Assembly: GCA_047601445.1 (NCBI GenBank)
Contig: JASGJH010000001.1
Coordinates: 1,312,001-1,376,000, forward strand
Origin: Myxococcales bacterium
GTDB taxonomy: Bacteria; Myxococcota_A; Polyangia; Polyangiales; DASUME01
Direction of reading: 5' to 3'
Length of the DNA: 64,000 bases
Shown here: piece by piece, positions 48,316 through 59,893 of the stretch
How the letters are laid out: each line of letters begins with the position of its first letter
Position numbering within the stretch: the first letter of the stretch is position 1
Position numbers and translations under genes: made by a program
Notes under the pieces: generated by a model
Seen by the model: the letters and a program-made list of their open reading frames with translations, nothing else
Told to the model about the DNA's origin: nothing
Database searches by the model: none

Positions 48316-49986
48316 TCAGCGGCCGCGACGGGAAGGCGCGAATGCGTCTGGCAGTTTGAGCTCGTCATCGCCGCCGCTGTTGGAGCCTCCCGAAGAGGAG
48401 GCCGCAGCGCGCTTACGTAGCACCAACTGCACCGCCGTGGGATCGTGCTCCGCCTTCAGCTCGGTCTTGGCGGTACGAAAGCCCGACTTACTGGCCTCGA
48501 CCGTCACGAGACTGTCGCGCACGACGCTGAAACTGCACGGCGTCGGGTCACAGCCAGCCTTGCCGTCCACGCTGATGGTGGCTCCGGGTGGGTCGGTCTG
48601 CACGCTGACCAGCACCTTGGCCGGCACCGCGTTGACCGGCTCGGGGCTCGGCACCGGCGCGCTCGGAGGGGCGGAGCTGGGTGTGCTGGGCAAGACCGGG
48701 ACGGCCACACTGCCGGTAGCAGGGATAGCCGGCGGTTGCTGCGCCACGGCCGGTGCCTCCTCGGACTTGCCACGCATCAGCACGGCGCCCGCGCCGCCCA
48801 CGAGCACCGCGGCCACGGCGCCGAGGATCATGAACTTGGGGCCGTTGTTCCTGCTCGCCTCGCGGCCGGGGAACTCGGACGCTTCCGAGGGCATCATCAA
48901 GCGCGCCGCAGGCTTCTCGCCCGAGGCTTTCTCCTGGTAGCCGTGGTGAGTGACGGTCCCGGGCGGCGGCGCGATGGAGGCGGCGGAGTTCGGCGCACGA
49001 TTGAGGGCGTTCGTCAGATCGACGATCAGCTCCTCCATGTTCTGGTAACGCTGGTCGGCATCCTTGGCGAGCGCCTTGAAGACGATGCGCTCGAGGTCCG
49101 GCGGCACGTTGCAGTTCGGGTTCTGCACCTTGAGCGGCTGCGGCTGCTCGAACATGTGCTGCGTGAGGATGCCCATGAACGTGTCGCCCACGAAGGGCAC
49201 GCGTCCCGTGAGCAACTCGTACATGATCACGCCCATCGCGTAGACGTCGACGCGGTGATCGAGCTTCTTTCCGCTCGCCTGCTCGGGGGACATGTACTCG
49301 GGGGTGCCGAAGATCATGCCGGTCTTGGTGAGCTTGCGACCGGGCTGTCCGTCGGTCTCGATGTCGCTCATCTTGGCGATGCCGAAGTCCACGATCTTCA
49401 CGAAGTCTTCGCCGGTGTCCCGGTTCACCATGAAGATGTTCTCGGGCTTCATGTCGCGATGGACGATGCCCTTGGCGTGGGCGGCACCGAGCGCGCGAGC
49501 GCACTGCAGGCACAGGGTGATGGTGCGGCGCGGTGAAAGCGGGCCCTTCTTCTCGAGCTCGTGGGCCAGGTCCTGACCGTTGAGCAGCTCCATCACGAAG
49601 TAGCTGGCGCCGTTCGGGGTCTCGCCGAAGTCGGAGATGTCGATGATGTGCTCGTGGCCGATGCGGGAGGCGCTCTTGGCCTCCTGACGGAAGCGCTCCA
49701 CGACGTCCTGGCGACTGGAGAAGTCCTCGCGCAGGACCTTCAACCCAACGCGCTTCTCGATGACGATGTGCTCCGCCTCGTAGACGATGCCCATGCCGCC
49801 TTCGCCGATCTTGCGAATGATGCGGTAGCGTCCGCCCAGGATCTGCCCCAGCAGCGGATCCGTGGAACGGCCGCCAGGTCGAGACTCAGCCTTCGGTCCG
49901 AGACGTGCTCCGTCGTTCGGGCAAAAAACCTCGCCCCCTTCGTACTCGAGCGCGCACTGAGGACAAACTGTAGTCTGAGCCGCCAC
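48316..49986 (-). CDS. Ser/Thr protein kinase with N-terminal zinc ribbon, TM helix and PEGA-like domain
   Basis: CPQC...FCPNDG, GEGGMGIVY, HRDMKPEN, DFGIAK, GTPEYMSPE. Confidence 0.95.
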   Translation of the reverse strand: MAAQTTVCPQCALEYEGGEVFCPNDGARLGPKAESRPGGRSTDPLLGQILGGRYRIIRKIGEGGMGIVYEAEHIVIEKRVGLKVLREDFSSRQDVVERFRQEAKSASRIGHEHIIDISDFGETPNGASYFVMELLNGQDLAHELEKKGPLSPRRTITLCLQCARALGAAHAKGIVHRDMKPENIFMVNRDTGEDFVKIVDFGIAKMSDIETDGQPGRKLTKTGMIFGTPEYMSPEQASGKKLDHRVDVYAMGVIMYELLTGRVPFVGDTFMGILTQHMFEQPQPLKVQNPNCNVPPDLERIVFKALAKDADQRYQNMEELIVDLTNALNRAPNSAASIAPPPGTVTHHGYQEKASGEKPAARLMMPSEASEFPGREASRNNGPKFMILGAVAAVLVGGAGAVLMRGKSEEAPAVAQQPPAIPATGSVAVPVLPSTPSSAPPSAPVPSPEPVNAVPAKVLVSVQTDPPGATISVDGKAGCDPTPCSFSVVRDSLVTVEASKSGFRTAKTELKAEHDPTAVQLVLRKRAAASSSGGSNSGGDDELKLPDAFAPSRRGR

Positions 49987-50171
49987 CGGTGTGCGGAAGG
50001 TATCACCAGTGTCCAGTCAGGGTCAATTGAGGCCCCTACCCGTGACACGAATGAGGACCCCGTGTAGACCCCGCGCCAAGCGCCCGCTGTGCCGGGGCAG
50101 GTGTGGGCTTCCGCGCATAGCGCGCCCGGACCCGGTCGGCGTGACGGCGCGCGGGATGAGGTAGGCAAGCG

Positions 50172-51132
50172 ATGCTTCGTAGGGTTTCGGCGATCGGACT
50201 GGGGTTGTTGGCGGGTGCGTGCGCCCATCAGGGCGGGCGGCTGGAGACCAACCGCTATCAACACGACGAGTATCCCTATGCCGTCTTCTACACCTCCGAA
50301 GGCGATCCCATGAAGCCCATGGGCCCCAACTGGCGCGTGGACAACTTCACCTACCAGGCGACCTACAAGAAGTACGAGCCCAAGAAGGGCCCCGAGTACG
50401 TCACCGTGCGCCGCTACGACAACGATGGCAACGGGGAGGCCGAGACCGTTCGCAAGGAGCCCTTCTACGATCTCCTGCTCGACCACGTGCAGAAAGACGC
50501 CGAGATGTGGGTGCGAACCGTGCCGATTTCCCCCTCGGACAACGAGAAAGAATCTCTCGGTGTTCGCGGAGCGCTACGTGGACTCCGTGGCCGGTTCGGG
50601 CAGCGTGGTGGTGCGCTTCGGTGCGGAGGGAGCCCTGGGCGGCATCGAGCGGCGCTTCGCCTCGCGCGTGCTCCAGTCGAGCCCGTGCACCGTGTCCAAG
50701 CACGAGGCCTATCGGGTGGACTTCGAGGTGGCCAACGTGGACCAGCTGCAGCTCTCGGACCAGGCGCGCTGGCAGCGCGGCGCGGTGGTCTTCGTGCGCA
50801 CCAAGTACCAGCACCTCGCCGGTACCACCATGCAGAATACGAAGACGTTCTACCCGGTCGTGATGGCGATCGGCATGTCGGCCCGGCCCCAGGATTTCGC
50901 AGGCCTCGAGGAGGATTTCGAGCGTCTGCTCAAGCAGACTGTGCTGGGTGAGGTCGGGCGGGGACTCTCCATGAACGGCGAGACCACCTGCGCCCTCGCC
51001 GCGCAGCCGCCCGTCAGCGGAGGAGAGGCCACGCCGGCCTCCGACGTGGAGCAGAACGAGGCGGCCCAGGTTCCGTTGGCCCCCGAAGCCATGCCCCAGC
51101 CCGAGACCGCGCCTGCTCCAGCCAATCCCTGA
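50172..51132 (+). CDS. Putative lipoprotein; +1 frameshift near 50551
   Basis: MLRRVSAIGLGLLAGAC lipobox; the typical-codon frame switches at ...SPSDNEK to LSVFAERYVD... Confidence 0.72.
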
Positions 51133-51182
51133 GCCCTCCCCTTCGTTGAAGGCCGCTCAGCGGCTTGCTAGCGTCGCCCGAC

Positions 51183-52985
51183 ATGCCGCGCATTCATATC
51201 CTCGAGGGTGCGCTCGCAGACCAAATCGCTGCAGGTGAGGTCGTCGAGCGACCCGCCAGCGTGATCAAGGAACTGCTCGAGAACGCCCTCGATGCAGGCG
51301 CACGCAGTGTGCAGGTCGACATCGAGGAAGGGGGCTCGCAACTGATGCGGGTCACCGACGACGGCATCGGCATGGATCGCGAGGACGCCTCGCGCTGCGT
51401 GCTGCGACACGCCACCAGCAAGATCCGGGTGCAAACCGATCTCGAGGCCATTTTGACCCTGGGTTTTCGGGGCGAAGCCCTGCCCTCCATCGCTTCGGTG
51501 TCTCGGCTCAAGCTGCTGACGCGCACCCGGGGCCAGGTGGAGGGATCCGAGGTGCTGGTGGAGGCTGGCGCGCCCCCACGGGTGAGCCCCGCAGGCTGTG
51601 CGGTGGGCACTAGCGTCGAGATCCGGGACCTCTTCTTCAACGTGCCCGCGCGCAAGAAGTTCCTGAAGGCGCCCGCGGCGGAGAGCGCCCAGATCGGGGA
51701 AGTCTGCCTACGCGCCGTGCTGACCCTGCCGGAATTGCGGTTGGTCTTGGTGCGCGACGGCAAGCGGGTGAAGGAGTACCTGCCCGTTGCCGACTGGGCT
51801 GCCCGCGCCGCGCTGGTGATGAGCGGCAAGCAGGTGCGCGTGGAAGGCGAGCGACGGGGACTCCGGGTGCGCGCTCTCTTGGGAGCGCCGGAAGAGGCTC
51901 GCTCGGGTGCGGGGGCGCTCCATGTGTTCGTCAACGGCCGGCCGGTGCGAGAGCGTCAACTCTCGCGCAGCGTGGCCTTCGCCTACGGCAGCGTGATGCC
52001 GCCCGGGCGCTATCCCGTGGGTGTGGTCCACCTCGAGCTGGACCCGCACGAAGTCGACGTGAACGTGCATCCCCAGAAAGCCGAGGTGCGCTTTCAGCGC
52101 GGGCGCGAGATCATGGACGCGCTCACCCACGTGCTCGCCCAGGGCCTCGGAACCTCCGCCTTCAAGGGACCTGCCGCGCGCGGCCCGGCCTTCTGGAGCG
52201 AGCGTTTGCCTGTGGGCCCGCTGAGCGGCGCGACTTCCACGGGTAACTCGCCGGCGGCTCCACCCGAGGCCGATCCATGGGGACTCGCAGACCTGGCCCC
52301 CCACGATCATCGGCCAGCCCCCCTGCCCTACGATCTCGGCGCTTCTCAGGCGGCCCTCGCTCGCGACCTCGCGGCAGCGCCTGCCTCGCCGTTGCCCATG
52401 CTCGACGGACCTCCGGCGCTGCGCGCGCTGGCCCAATCGAAGCGTCTGTACATCCTGTGCGAGAGCGAGCGTGGCCTGTGCGTGATCGACCAACACGCGG
52501 CCGACGAGCGCATCCACTACGACCGACTGCGCCGTCAGTTCGCTGCCGGGGAGGTCAAGCAGCAGCGGCTGCTGCTGCCCGAGAAGGTGGAGCTCAGCGA
52601 GCGCGAGACCCAGCTGGTGGAGAGCCACGCCGAGAGCATCGCCCGGGCCGGCATCGAGGCGAGCCCGATCGGCCCGAGTACTGTGGCCATTCACAGCGTG
52701 CCAGCCCTGCTTCGTCGTTCATCCCCCGAGCGCCTGCTGCGCGATTTGTTGTCGGAGCTAACCCGCACTGGAGAGCGCAACTTCGGCGACGCCATCGACA
52801 TGGCGTTGGCTACCATGGCCTGTCACGGAGCGATCCGCGCGGGCGATCCGCTGTCGTTGCCGGAGTGCCAGGCCCTGCTCGACGCGCTCGTCCGCATCGA
52901 CGACTTCGGCGGTCACTGCCCGCACGGTCGCCCCATCGTGTTCGAAATCCCGTTCGACGAGCTCGCGCGCAAGGTCGGTCGATGA
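51183..52985 (+). CDS. mutL: DNA mismatch repair endonuclease MutL
   Basis: QIAAGEVVERPASVIKELLEN, GFRGEAL, DVNVHPQK, DQHAADERI, CPHGRP. Confidence 0.96.
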   Translation: MPRIHILEGALADQIAAGEVVERPASVIKELLENALDAGARSVQVDIEEGGSQLMRVTDDGIGMDREDASRCVLRHATSKIRVQTDLEAILTLGFRGEALPSIASVSRLKLLTRTRGQVEGSEVLVEAGAPPRVSPAGCAVGTSVEIRDLFFNVPARKKFLKAPAAESAQIGEVCLRAVLTLPELRLVLVRDGKRVKEYLPVADWAARAALVMSGKQVRVEGERRGLRVRALLGAPEEARSGAGALHVFVNGRPVRERQLSRSVAFAYGSVMPPGRYPVGVVHLELDPHEVDVNVHPQKAEVRFQRGREIMDALTHVLAQGLGTSAFKGPAARGPAFWSERLPVGPLSGATSTGNSPAAPPEADPWGLADLAPHDHRPAPLPYDLGASQAALARDLAAAPASPLPMLDGPPALRALAQSKRLYILCESERGLCVIDQHAADERIHYDRLRRQFAAGEVKQQRLLLPEKVELSERETQLVESHAESIARAGIEASPIGPSTVAIHSVPALLRRSSPERLLRDLLSELTRTGERNFGDAIDMALATMACHGAIRAGDPLSLPECQALLDALVRIDDFGGHCPHGRPIVFEIPFDELARKVGR

Positions 52986-53929
52986 GCGACTCAGCGCGTC
53001 CTCAGCAGCCCCTGCTGGTGATCACGGGGCCCACGGCAAGCGGCAAGACGGCGCTCGGCCTCGAGCTCGCGCGCATCTTCGGGGGCGAGTTGATCGGTGC
53101 CGACAGCGTACAGGTCTACCGCGGCTTCGACATCGGGTCCTCCAAGCCGACCGCCGCCGAGCTCGGGGGCATCCCCCATCATCTGCTCGACGTGCGCCCT
53201 GCAGATCAGCCTCTGGACGCGGTGGACTTCGCGGCCATGGCGGACGCCGCCATCGAGGGTACTCGCGCTCGGGGCCACGTCCCCATCGTGGTGGGGGGCT
53301 CGGGGCTCTGGCTCCGCGCGCTGTTACGGGGCCTGGTCGAGTTGCCACCGGTGGATGCGGCCCTGCGTGAGCGTCTCGACGAGGAAGCGCGCGCACTCGG
53401 CACGGAAGCGCTGCACCAGCGTCTGCAGACCATCGACCCCCTGGCCGCCAAGGACATCCATCCCAACGACCGCGTGCGCGTGGTGCGCGCCCTCGAGGTC
53501 TTCGAGCAAACCGGCCGACCGCTCGGCTCCCTGCGCGCGGCCCACGCCCTCGGCAGCCCGCGCTATCGCGCGCTTCGCATCGTGCTCGAGGTGACGCCGG
53601 ACGAGCTTACGCGGCGCATCGAGGCGCGCACCGAGCAGATGTTGGCACAGGGCCTGATCGAGGAGGTGCGTGGGCTGCTCACGTCCTATCCACGTGACAC
53701 GCGTGCGCTCGGTTCCGTGGGCTATCGCGAGGTCGTGGAGCACCTCTGTGACGGCGTCTCGCTCGAGGAAACGCAGCGTAAGATCAACCAAGTCACACGC
53801 ATCTACGCCCGCCGCCAACGCACCTGGCTCAACAACGAACCCGGTGAACTCTGGCTGACCACCCGCGAGCGCGTCCTGTCCCAAGAAGGGCTCGCGCGGT
53901 TGCGCGCGTTCTGGGCCGGGCCGAGCTAA
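52982..53929 (+). CDS. miaA: tRNA dimethylallyltransferase
   Basis: [35 protein letters not shown]. Confidence 0.95.
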   Translation: MSDSARPQQPLLVITGPTASGKTALGLELARIFGGELIGADSVQVYRGFDIGSSKPTAAELGGIPHHLLDVRPADQPLDAVDFAAMADAAIEGTRARGHVPIVVGGSGLWLRALLRGLVELPPVDAALRERLDEEARALGTEALHQRLQTIDPLAAKDIHPNDRVRVVRALEVFEQTGRPLGSLRAAHALGSPRYRALRIVLEVTPDELTRRIEARTEQMLAQGLIEEVRGLLTSYPRDTRALGSVGYREVVEHLCDGVSLEETQRKINQVTRIYARRQRTWLNNEPGELWLTTRERVLSQEGLARLRAFWAGPS

Positions 53930-53978
53930 CGCGCGTCGGGCCTTGGCTGGACTTTGGCGACCCGCGTATTCTTCCCGC

Positions 53979-55712
53979 ATGGCCAAGAAGAAATCCTCCG
54001 ACGTCGAAGCGGGCGGGTCCGCCCGCGAGCCAAATAAAGAGCGTCGCAAGTACTCCTCCCAGGTGGTCGACGGTGTCGAGCGCGCACCGAGCCGCGCCAT
54101 GCTGCGCGCCGTCGGCTTCTCCAGCAAGGACTTCAAGCGCCCTCAAATCGGCATCGCTTCCACTTGGTCGATGGTGACGCCCTGCAACATGCACATCGAC
54201 GGCTTGGCCAAGGAAGCCGCTCGCGGCGTGGACGATGCGGGCGGCAAGGCCGTGGAGTTCGGGACCATTACCATCTCCGACGGCATTTCGATGGGCACCG
54301 AGGGCATGAAGTACTCGCTCGTGTCGCGCGAGGTGATCGCAGATTCCATCGAGACGGTGGCGGGTTGCCAGGGTTTCGACGGGGTGATCGCCATCGGCGG
54401 CTGCGACAAGAACATGCCCGGCTGCTTGATGGGCCTGGCGCGCCTGAATCGCCCGAGTGTCTTCGTGTATGGCGGCAGCATCAAGCCCGGCAAGCTCGAC
54501 GGTCAGAGCCTCGACGTGGTCTCGGTGTTCGAGGCGGTGGGCGCCCACGCGGGCGGCAAGATCAGCGACAAGAAGCTGATCCAGATCGAGTCCGAAGCCA
54601 TTCCCGGGCCGGGCTCCTGTGGCGGCATGTACACTGCCAACACGATGGCCTCCGCCGTGGAAGCCCTCGGCATGAGCCTGCCCAACAGCTCCTCGCAGAT
54701 GGCTGAGGGCAAGGACAAGGTGAGCGACTGCTTTCGAGCGGGACAGGCCGTCCTGCATCTGCTCAAGAGGGGCATCCTGCCGAGCGACATCATGGTGCGC
54801 GAGGCCTTCGAGAACGCCATCACGGTGACTATTGCACTGGGCGGCTCCACCAACGCCGTGCTGCACATGCTCGCCATCGCCCATTCGGCCGGCGTGAAGC
54901 TCTCCATCGATGACTTCACCCGCATCGGCAAGCGCGTCCCCGTGCTGGCTGACCTCAAGCCGAGCGGGCGCTTCTCCATGGCCGATCTGGTGAAAATCGG
55001 CGGCATCACGCCGCTCATGAAGACCTTGCTCGACGCGGGCCTGCTCCACGGCGGGGTCATGACCGTCAGTGGCAAGACCTTGAAGGAGAATCTCAAGAGC
55101 GAGGGCAGCTACCCGAAGCACCAGGAAATCGTCCACAGCTTGAAAGACCCCATCAAGAAGGACAGCCACCTGGTAGTGCTCTACGGAAACCTCGCTCCCG
55201 AGGGAGCCGTGGCCAAGATCAGCGGCAAAGAGGGCCTGCGCTTCTCGGGCAAGGCACGCGTGTTCGGGTCCGAGGAGGAGGGTCTCGCCCGCATCCTCGA
55301 TGGCACGGTGAAGAAGGGCGACGTGATCGTGATCCGCTACGAGGGCCCCAAGGGCGGCCCGGGGATGCGCGAGATGCTCGGACCCACCAGTGCCGTCATG
55401 GGCAAGGGCCTGGGCAAGGATGTGGCGTTCATCACGGACGGGCGCTTTTCGGGCGGTACCCACGGCTTCGTGGTCGGACACATCACCCCCGAGGCCCACG
55501 TGGGCGGGCCGCTCGCCATCGTCAAGAACGGTGATCCCATCACCATCGACGCCGAGAAACGCACGCTGACCCTCGGCGTTCCGCAAAAAGAGATCGCTGC
55601 GCGTCTCAAGAAGTGGAAGGCGCCCAAGCCGCGCTACGTGCGCGGGGTGCTCGCCAAGTACGCCGCCTGCGTCTCGAGCGCGAGCGAAGGGGCCGTGACC
55701 GACAAGAGCTGA
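53979..55712 (+). CDS. ilvD: Dihydroxy-acid dehydratase
   Basis: [51 protein letters not shown]. Confidence 0.97.
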   Translation: MAKKKSSDVEAGGSAREPNKERRKYSSQVVDGVERAPSRAMLRAVGFSSKDFKRPQIGIASTWSMVTPCNMHIDGLAKEAARGVDDAGGKAVEFGTITISDGISMGTEGMKYSLVSREVIADSIETVAGCQGFDGVIAIGGCDKNMPGCLMGLARLNRPSVFVYGGSIKPGKLDGQSLDVVSVFEAVGAHAGGKISDKKLIQIESEAIPGPGSCGGMYTANTMASAVEALGMSLPNSSSQMAEGKDKVSDCFRAGQAVLHLLKRGILPSDIMVREAFENAITVTIALGGSTNAVLHMLAIAHSAGVKLSIDDFTRIGKRVPVLADLKPSGRFSMADLVKIGGITPLMKTLLDAGLLHGGVMTVSGKTLKENLKSEGSYPKHQEIVHSLKDPIKKDSHLVVLYGNLAPEGAVAKISGKEGLRFSGKARVFGSEEEGLARILDGTVKKGDVIVIRYEGPKGGPGMREMLGPTSAVMGKGLGKDVAFITDGRFSGGTHGFVVGHITPEAHVGGPLAIVKNGDPITIDAEKRTLTLGVPQKEIAARLKKWKAPKPRYVRGVLAKYAACVSSASEGAVTDKS

Positions 55713-55732
55713 AGCCGGGTTATGCTGCGCGC

Positions 55733-56248
55733 ATGCGCAATCGCAGCCACGGCAGCGGGGAGTTTCGGCCCGACCAGCTAGCCCGCCTCGGACCCGACTG
55801 TGTGTTCGAGACCGGCGTTCTCGTCTTCCACCCCGAGAACGTGTACTTGGGCAAGAACGTCTACGTGGGGCATTACGCCATCCTCAAGGGCTACTACAAG
55901 AACCAGCTCGAGATCGGCGACGAGACCTGGATCGGCCAGCAGTGCTTCCTGCACGCTGCCGGGGGGCTCGTGATCGGGAGCCAGGTTGGCATCGGGCCCG
56001 GCGTGAAGGTGCTGACCTCCCAACACACCGAGGCCGGACGCGACATCCCCATTTACAACGCCCCGGTGGAGTTTCGACAGGTGGTCATCGAAGACGGCGC
56101 GGACATCGGTGCGGGCGCCGTGATCCTGCCCGGGGTGCGCATCGGACGCGGTGCCCAGGTCGGCGCAGGCGCCGTGGTGACGCGCGACATCCCGGCTTTC
56201 ACCATTGCTGCGGGTTCCCCCGCCAAGGTCATGAGGGCCCGTCCATGA
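55733..56248 (+). CDS. Hexapeptide-repeat (LbH) acyltransferase
   Basis: [42 protein letters not shown]. Confidence 0.9.
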   Translation: MRNRSHGSGEFRPDQLARLGPDCVFETGVLVFHPENVYLGKNVYVGHYAILKGYYKNQLEIGDETWIGQQCFLHAAGGLVIGSQVGIGPGVKVLTSQHTEAGRDIPIYNAPVEFRQVVIEDGADIGAGAVILPGVRIGRGAQVGAGAVVTRDIPAFTIAAGSPAKVMRARP

Positions 56249-56964
56249 GCACGAACAAACAGCCCAGCCTGGCCATCATCATCTTCGCCTTCAACGAGAG
56301 CGAGAACGTGCGGCCCATCCTCGAGGAGCTCTCGCGCTGGCTCGATGTCCATGAGCCCGACAGCGAGATCGTATTCGTGGACGACGGCTCCAAGGACGAC
56401 ACCCTCGCCGTCGCGCGCAACGTGCTGCTCGAATCGGGCAAGACCCGCCGCGCGGTATGCCTGCGCCACCCGACCAACCGCGGCATCGGCGCCGCGCTCA
56501 AGACCGGCGTGGCCGCCTGCACCGCCGACTGGGTCACCTTCTTGCCCGCCGACGGGCAAATCGAGCCCGAGGCGATCGCCACCCTGCGCACCGCGGCCGC
56601 CCCGGGCGACGTGGACGTGGTGTTTTCCGTCTACGACGACCGCAACGACGGACTCGACCGCAAGCTGCTCTCGTTCGGGGTACGGGCCCTCATCACCCTG
56701 ATCCATGGCGTGCGGGTGCGCAGCGACGGCCCCTACCTGTTCCGCCGCGAGCTGTTCGACGCCGAGCAGCTGAAACCCGACACTTTCTTTTTGAACTTCG
56801 AGTTTCCCATCCGGGTTCGCGCGGCCGGCCTGCCCCAGCGCACCGTACCCATTCGGTGCCGCCCACGCCGCGCCGGGTTCTCCAAGTCGACCGGCCTAAA
56901 GCGCGTGGCGGGCGTGGCCCGTGACCTGCTCGAGCTGCGCGTGCGGCGCGCGCGGGGGCTCTAG
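56245..56964 (+). CDS. Glycosyltransferase family 2 (DPM-synthase-like)
   Basis: AFNE, VDDGSKD, NRGIGAA, PADGQ. Confidence 0.88.
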   Translation: MSTNKQPSLAIIIFAFNESENVRPILEELSRWLDVHEPDSEIVFVDDGSKDDTLAVARNVLLESGKTRRAVCLRHPTNRGIGAALKTGVAACTADWVTFLPADGQIEPEAIATLRTAAAPGDVDVVFSVYDDRNDGLDRKLLSFGVRALITLIHGVRVRSDGPYLFRRELFDAEQLKPDTFFLNFEFPIRVRAAGLPQRTVPIRCRPRRAGFSKSTGLKRVAGVARDLLELRVRRARGL

Positions 56965-57025
56965 TCGAGACGGGCGTGCCTGTCGGTTGGTTGCGCGCGG
57001 ACGCCTTTTGCGGTTCTCTCCTGTC

Positions 57026-57748
57026 ATGGACCGCGAAGAAGCCATGAGCGACGAAGATCTCGACGAGCTCGAGGCCCTGTTGTCCGAGGTCGAGCAGTGC
57101 CTCTCCGAAGGGGACGTCGAGGGGGCCCGTGCGGCGCTCGAGGCCGCCGAGGAAATGGCCGGCCCGGACGATCCGGACGTCGGCTATGGACGGGCCCTGA
57201 TCATGCTCGAGACGGGCGACGTGGAGAATGCCGTCTCGGAGCTCAAGCGCGTCCTCGAGACCGATCCCGACTTCGCGGACGCCCACCACACCCTGGGGCT
57301 CGCGCTGGAGGAGCTCGGTGACGAGCAAGGCATGATCGACCACTTCATGCGCACCCGCGTGCTCGACGCCAAGCTCGACAAGGACCGCAACGTGGGCACC
57401 CCGGACGAGCTCGCGCTCATCGAGCGCGTAGCCCGCGAGACCATCGAATCGCTGCCCGAGGAGTTCGGGGAGCGCCTCAAGAACGTGCCCATCATCCTCG
57501 AGCACCGCCCGAGCCGCAGCATCGTGGAGAGCGGCTTCGACCCGCGCGCCTTCGGCCTCTTCGAAGGGCCCGAACACGGCCGCGACGACGTACCCGCTCC
57601 CACCCGCGTGGTGCTCTTCACGAGCAACCTGCTAGCGAGCTTCGCCGACGACGACCTCGAGGAGCAGGTGGAGATCACCGTCCTCCACGAGGTAGGCCAT
57701 TACTTCGGCCTCGACGAAGACGACATGGTGCGCCTCGGGCTCGACTGA
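57026..57748 (+). CDS. TPR-fused zincin-like metallopeptidase (DUF1025/Zincin_1)
   Basis: N-terminal TPR (DPDFADAHHTLG); GLFEG; TVLHEVGHYFG. Confidence 0.85.
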   Translation: MDREEAMSDEDLDELEALLSEVEQCLSEGDVEGARAALEAAEEMAGPDDPDVGYGRALIMLETGDVENAVSELKRVLETDPDFADAHHTLGLALEELGDEQGMIDHFMRTRVLDAKLDKDRNVGTPDELALIERVARETIESLPEEFGERLKNVPIILEHRPSRSIVESGFDPRAFGLFEGPEHGRDDVPAPTRVVLFTSNLLASFADDDLEEQVEITVLHEVGHYFGLDEDDMVRLGLD

Positions 57749-57760
57749 GGCCGCAGTCGC

Positions 57761-59326
57761 TCAAGGCTCCCTGCCGCGCTTGAGCCGATCTCGCAGGGTA
57801 GACCTCGGGATGGATAGCGCCCGCGATACCGCGGACAGGTTGCCCTTGTAGTGCTGGACGGCGTGCTCGATGGCCTCGGCGTCGAGCTCGAGCGTGGCAG
57901 CCAGGTTGCCGCTGATGCGCTCGATGGCGCGCTCGATGTCCTGGGCACCCAGCTCAGGCGCCGCGCTCAAGGCCGCCGCCCCGCACACCACGTTGCGAAG
58001 CTCGCGGGCATTCCCCGGCCAGCTGTACGCCAAGAGACGCGCCTTGGCCTCCGCGCCTAGACGCCGCACCCCCAGCTCGCCCTCGGTGCCATGCAGGAAA
58101 TGTTCGGCCAGCGGCACGATGTCCTGCTGACGCTCGCGCAGGGGCGAGAGCCGCAACACCAGGCGCGCCAGGCGGTAGTAGAGGTCCTGGCGGAAGGTCC
58201 CGGCCTGTACCATCTCGGCCAGGTTGCGATGGGTGGCGCAGACCAAGCGAACCCTGACCTCGATTCCCTGCTCGGAGCCGACCCGGCGGATTTGCCAGGT
58301 CTCCAGCACCCGCAGGAGCCGAGCTTGGAGATCGAGGGGCAGCTCCCCGATCTCATCGAGCAACAGCGTCCCGCCGTCCGCCTGCTCGAAGACCCCGCGC
58401 CGCATCCCCACTGCGCCCGTGAAGGCCCCCCGCTCGTGACCGAACAGTTCGCTCTCGATGAGCTCGCGCGGCAGGCCCCCGGCGTTGAGTGCCACGAAGG
58501 GCCCGACCCGTCCGCTCTGCCGGTGCACCAGGGAGGCCAGCTCCTCCTTGCCCGCACCGCTCGGTCCCAACACCAGCACCGGCCAGGGCAGCTTCGCGAA
58601 GTGCTCGGCCTCGGCGAGCGCCTCTTGCATGACCGGCGAAACCGCGATGGGCCTGGGCAACCCCTGGCGCGGTTGGTCCTCGGTGGCTCCTACGACGCGC
58701 AGATCCGTGCGCCCCACGCGCAGCTGGCTGCCCGCCCCCACGTGGGCGCGCGTCACCCGCACCCCCTGCACGAAGGTGCCGTTCGTACTCGCCAGGTCGC
58801 GCAGGACCAGTCCGCGCCCGTCGGGCTCGAGCCGGCAGTGGTGGGCACTCACGGTGGGATCCACCAACACCAGGTCGTTGCTGCGCGCCGACCCGATGCG
58901 GAGCGGACGCTCGGAGACCACCACACGCCGCGCGTCGGCCCCGCGCCCGACCAGCACCGTGAAGCGGCAGCCGCCCTCTTCCTGTCCGATCGACAGCGTG
59001 GCTCGCTCGCCCGGATCCGCGCGGCAGGTCGTTGCGCCAACCTGTGCCCCTGCCAGCACACGCACCAGGGTGTGGCGTGCGCCGAGCGGCAAGGGTGTGT
59101 CGTAAGCGAACACGCGCGGCTCGAGCTTGGCGCGCTCCAAATCGAACACCCAGACGGTGCCGCCCCGGGCATGCACCAGCAGCGCCCGTGGGGGAACTCG
59201 GGGGTCATCGACCACCAGGTCGCAGTTGAGAGCACTGCCGACTTCGACCGCCTCCGCCCGCAGGGGCAGCTCACGGATCAGCACATCATCCCGAAATAGA
59301 AGGAGCTTGTTTGTGTCCACGGCCAC
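57761..59326 (-). CDS. FHA-domain sigma-54 enhancer-binding protein
   Basis: VSAHHC...DLASTNGT (FHA), GPSGAGKE, GAFTGA, DEIGE, FRQDLYYRL, WPGNAREL, Fis-type HTH. Confidence 0.93.
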   Translation of the reverse strand: MAVDTNKLLLFRDDVLIRELPLRAEAVEVGSALNCDLVVDDPRVPPRALLVHARGGTVWVFDLERAKLEPRVFAYDTPLPLGARHTLVRVLAGAQVGATTCRADPGERATLSIGQEEGGCRFTVLVGRGADARRVVVSERPLRIGSARSNDLVLVDPTVSAHHCRLEPDGRGLVLRDLASTNGTFVQGVRVTRAHVGAGSQLRVGRTDLRVVGATEDQPRQGLPRPIAVSPVMQEALAEAEHFAKLPWPVLVLGPSGAGKEELASLVHRQSGRVGPFVALNAGGLPRELIESELFGHERGAFTGAVGMRRGVFEQADGGTLLLDEIGELPLDLQARLLRVLETWQIRRVGSEQGIEVRVRLVCATHRNLAEMVQAGTFRQDLYYRLARLVLRLSPLRERQQDIVPLAEHFLHGTEGELGVRRLGAEAKARLLAYSWPGNARELRNVVCGAAALSAAPELGAQDIERAIERISGNLAATLELDAEAIEHAVQHYKGNLSAVSRALSIPRSTLRDRLKRGREP

Positions 59327-59417
59327 CTGTATCGGCCGCGGACTCCTCGGGTTGCCTGGAAAGGTGACTCAAATCGCGCCTCGATCGCCTGGGAGCCCGG
59401 GGGCTCGGCGAGAGGCC

Positions 59418-59657
59418 TCAGCTCATGGTGACGGAGCAGGTGCCCGCCGCCGTAACCGTCACGGTCTCCGCCGGCAGCTGCTTCGGTGCCACCCAGGTGA
59501 CGGTGCTCTTACGAGCGACCTGGTTTTGCTGGCGCTGACGGGCAGCCTTGTAGGCGACCCAAAGGGCCAACATGGGGAGCCCGCCTGGCAGGATCATCGC
59601 GAGCACCCACAGAGTCGTGGTCAGGATGCGCTTCAGGGTTTCTTCTCTGGCAGTCAC
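59418..59657 (-). CDS. Small membrane protein (start uncertain)
   Basis: LWVLAMILPGGLPMLALWVAY hydrophobic hairpin; sigma-54-like promoter upstream. Confidence 0.5.
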   Translation of the reverse strand: MTAREETLKRILTTTLWVLAMILPGGLPMLALWVAYKAARQRQQNQVARKSTVTWVAPKQLPAETVTVTAAGTCSVTMS

Positions 59658-59671
59658 GGCTTATTTCCAAA

Positions 59672-59687
59672 AGCAAGTTTTGAACCA
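59672..59687 (-). promoter_or_regulatory. Sigma-54 (-24/-12) promoter candidate
   Basis: Minus strand TGGTTCAAAACTTGCT, with GG-N10-GC spacing and TTGCT. Confidence 0.5.
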
Positions 59688-59893
59688 ACACCGTTCTGTC
59701 GGCCGACCCGTGTGCTGCGCTACGAGGGGCCGCGCGAATTGCCGTAGAACGCGTCGCAGATCGCCGAAACCCACGACCTTGCAGCGAGAGTGCGTCCGAA
59801 TAGGCATGACATCCGTGTCCTTTCGCCCACGGTCGCTGTGACAGCAAGCAACACAGCTTGAAAGCGTGAATACGCCCCACTAAGTTCCGCCGC

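Noticed and set aside
59700..59893. Glycine riboswitch upstream of gcvT
   Set aside because: Only fragments (GAGAG, GCCGAA) are present; the conserved CTCTCAGG core and the expected order were not found.
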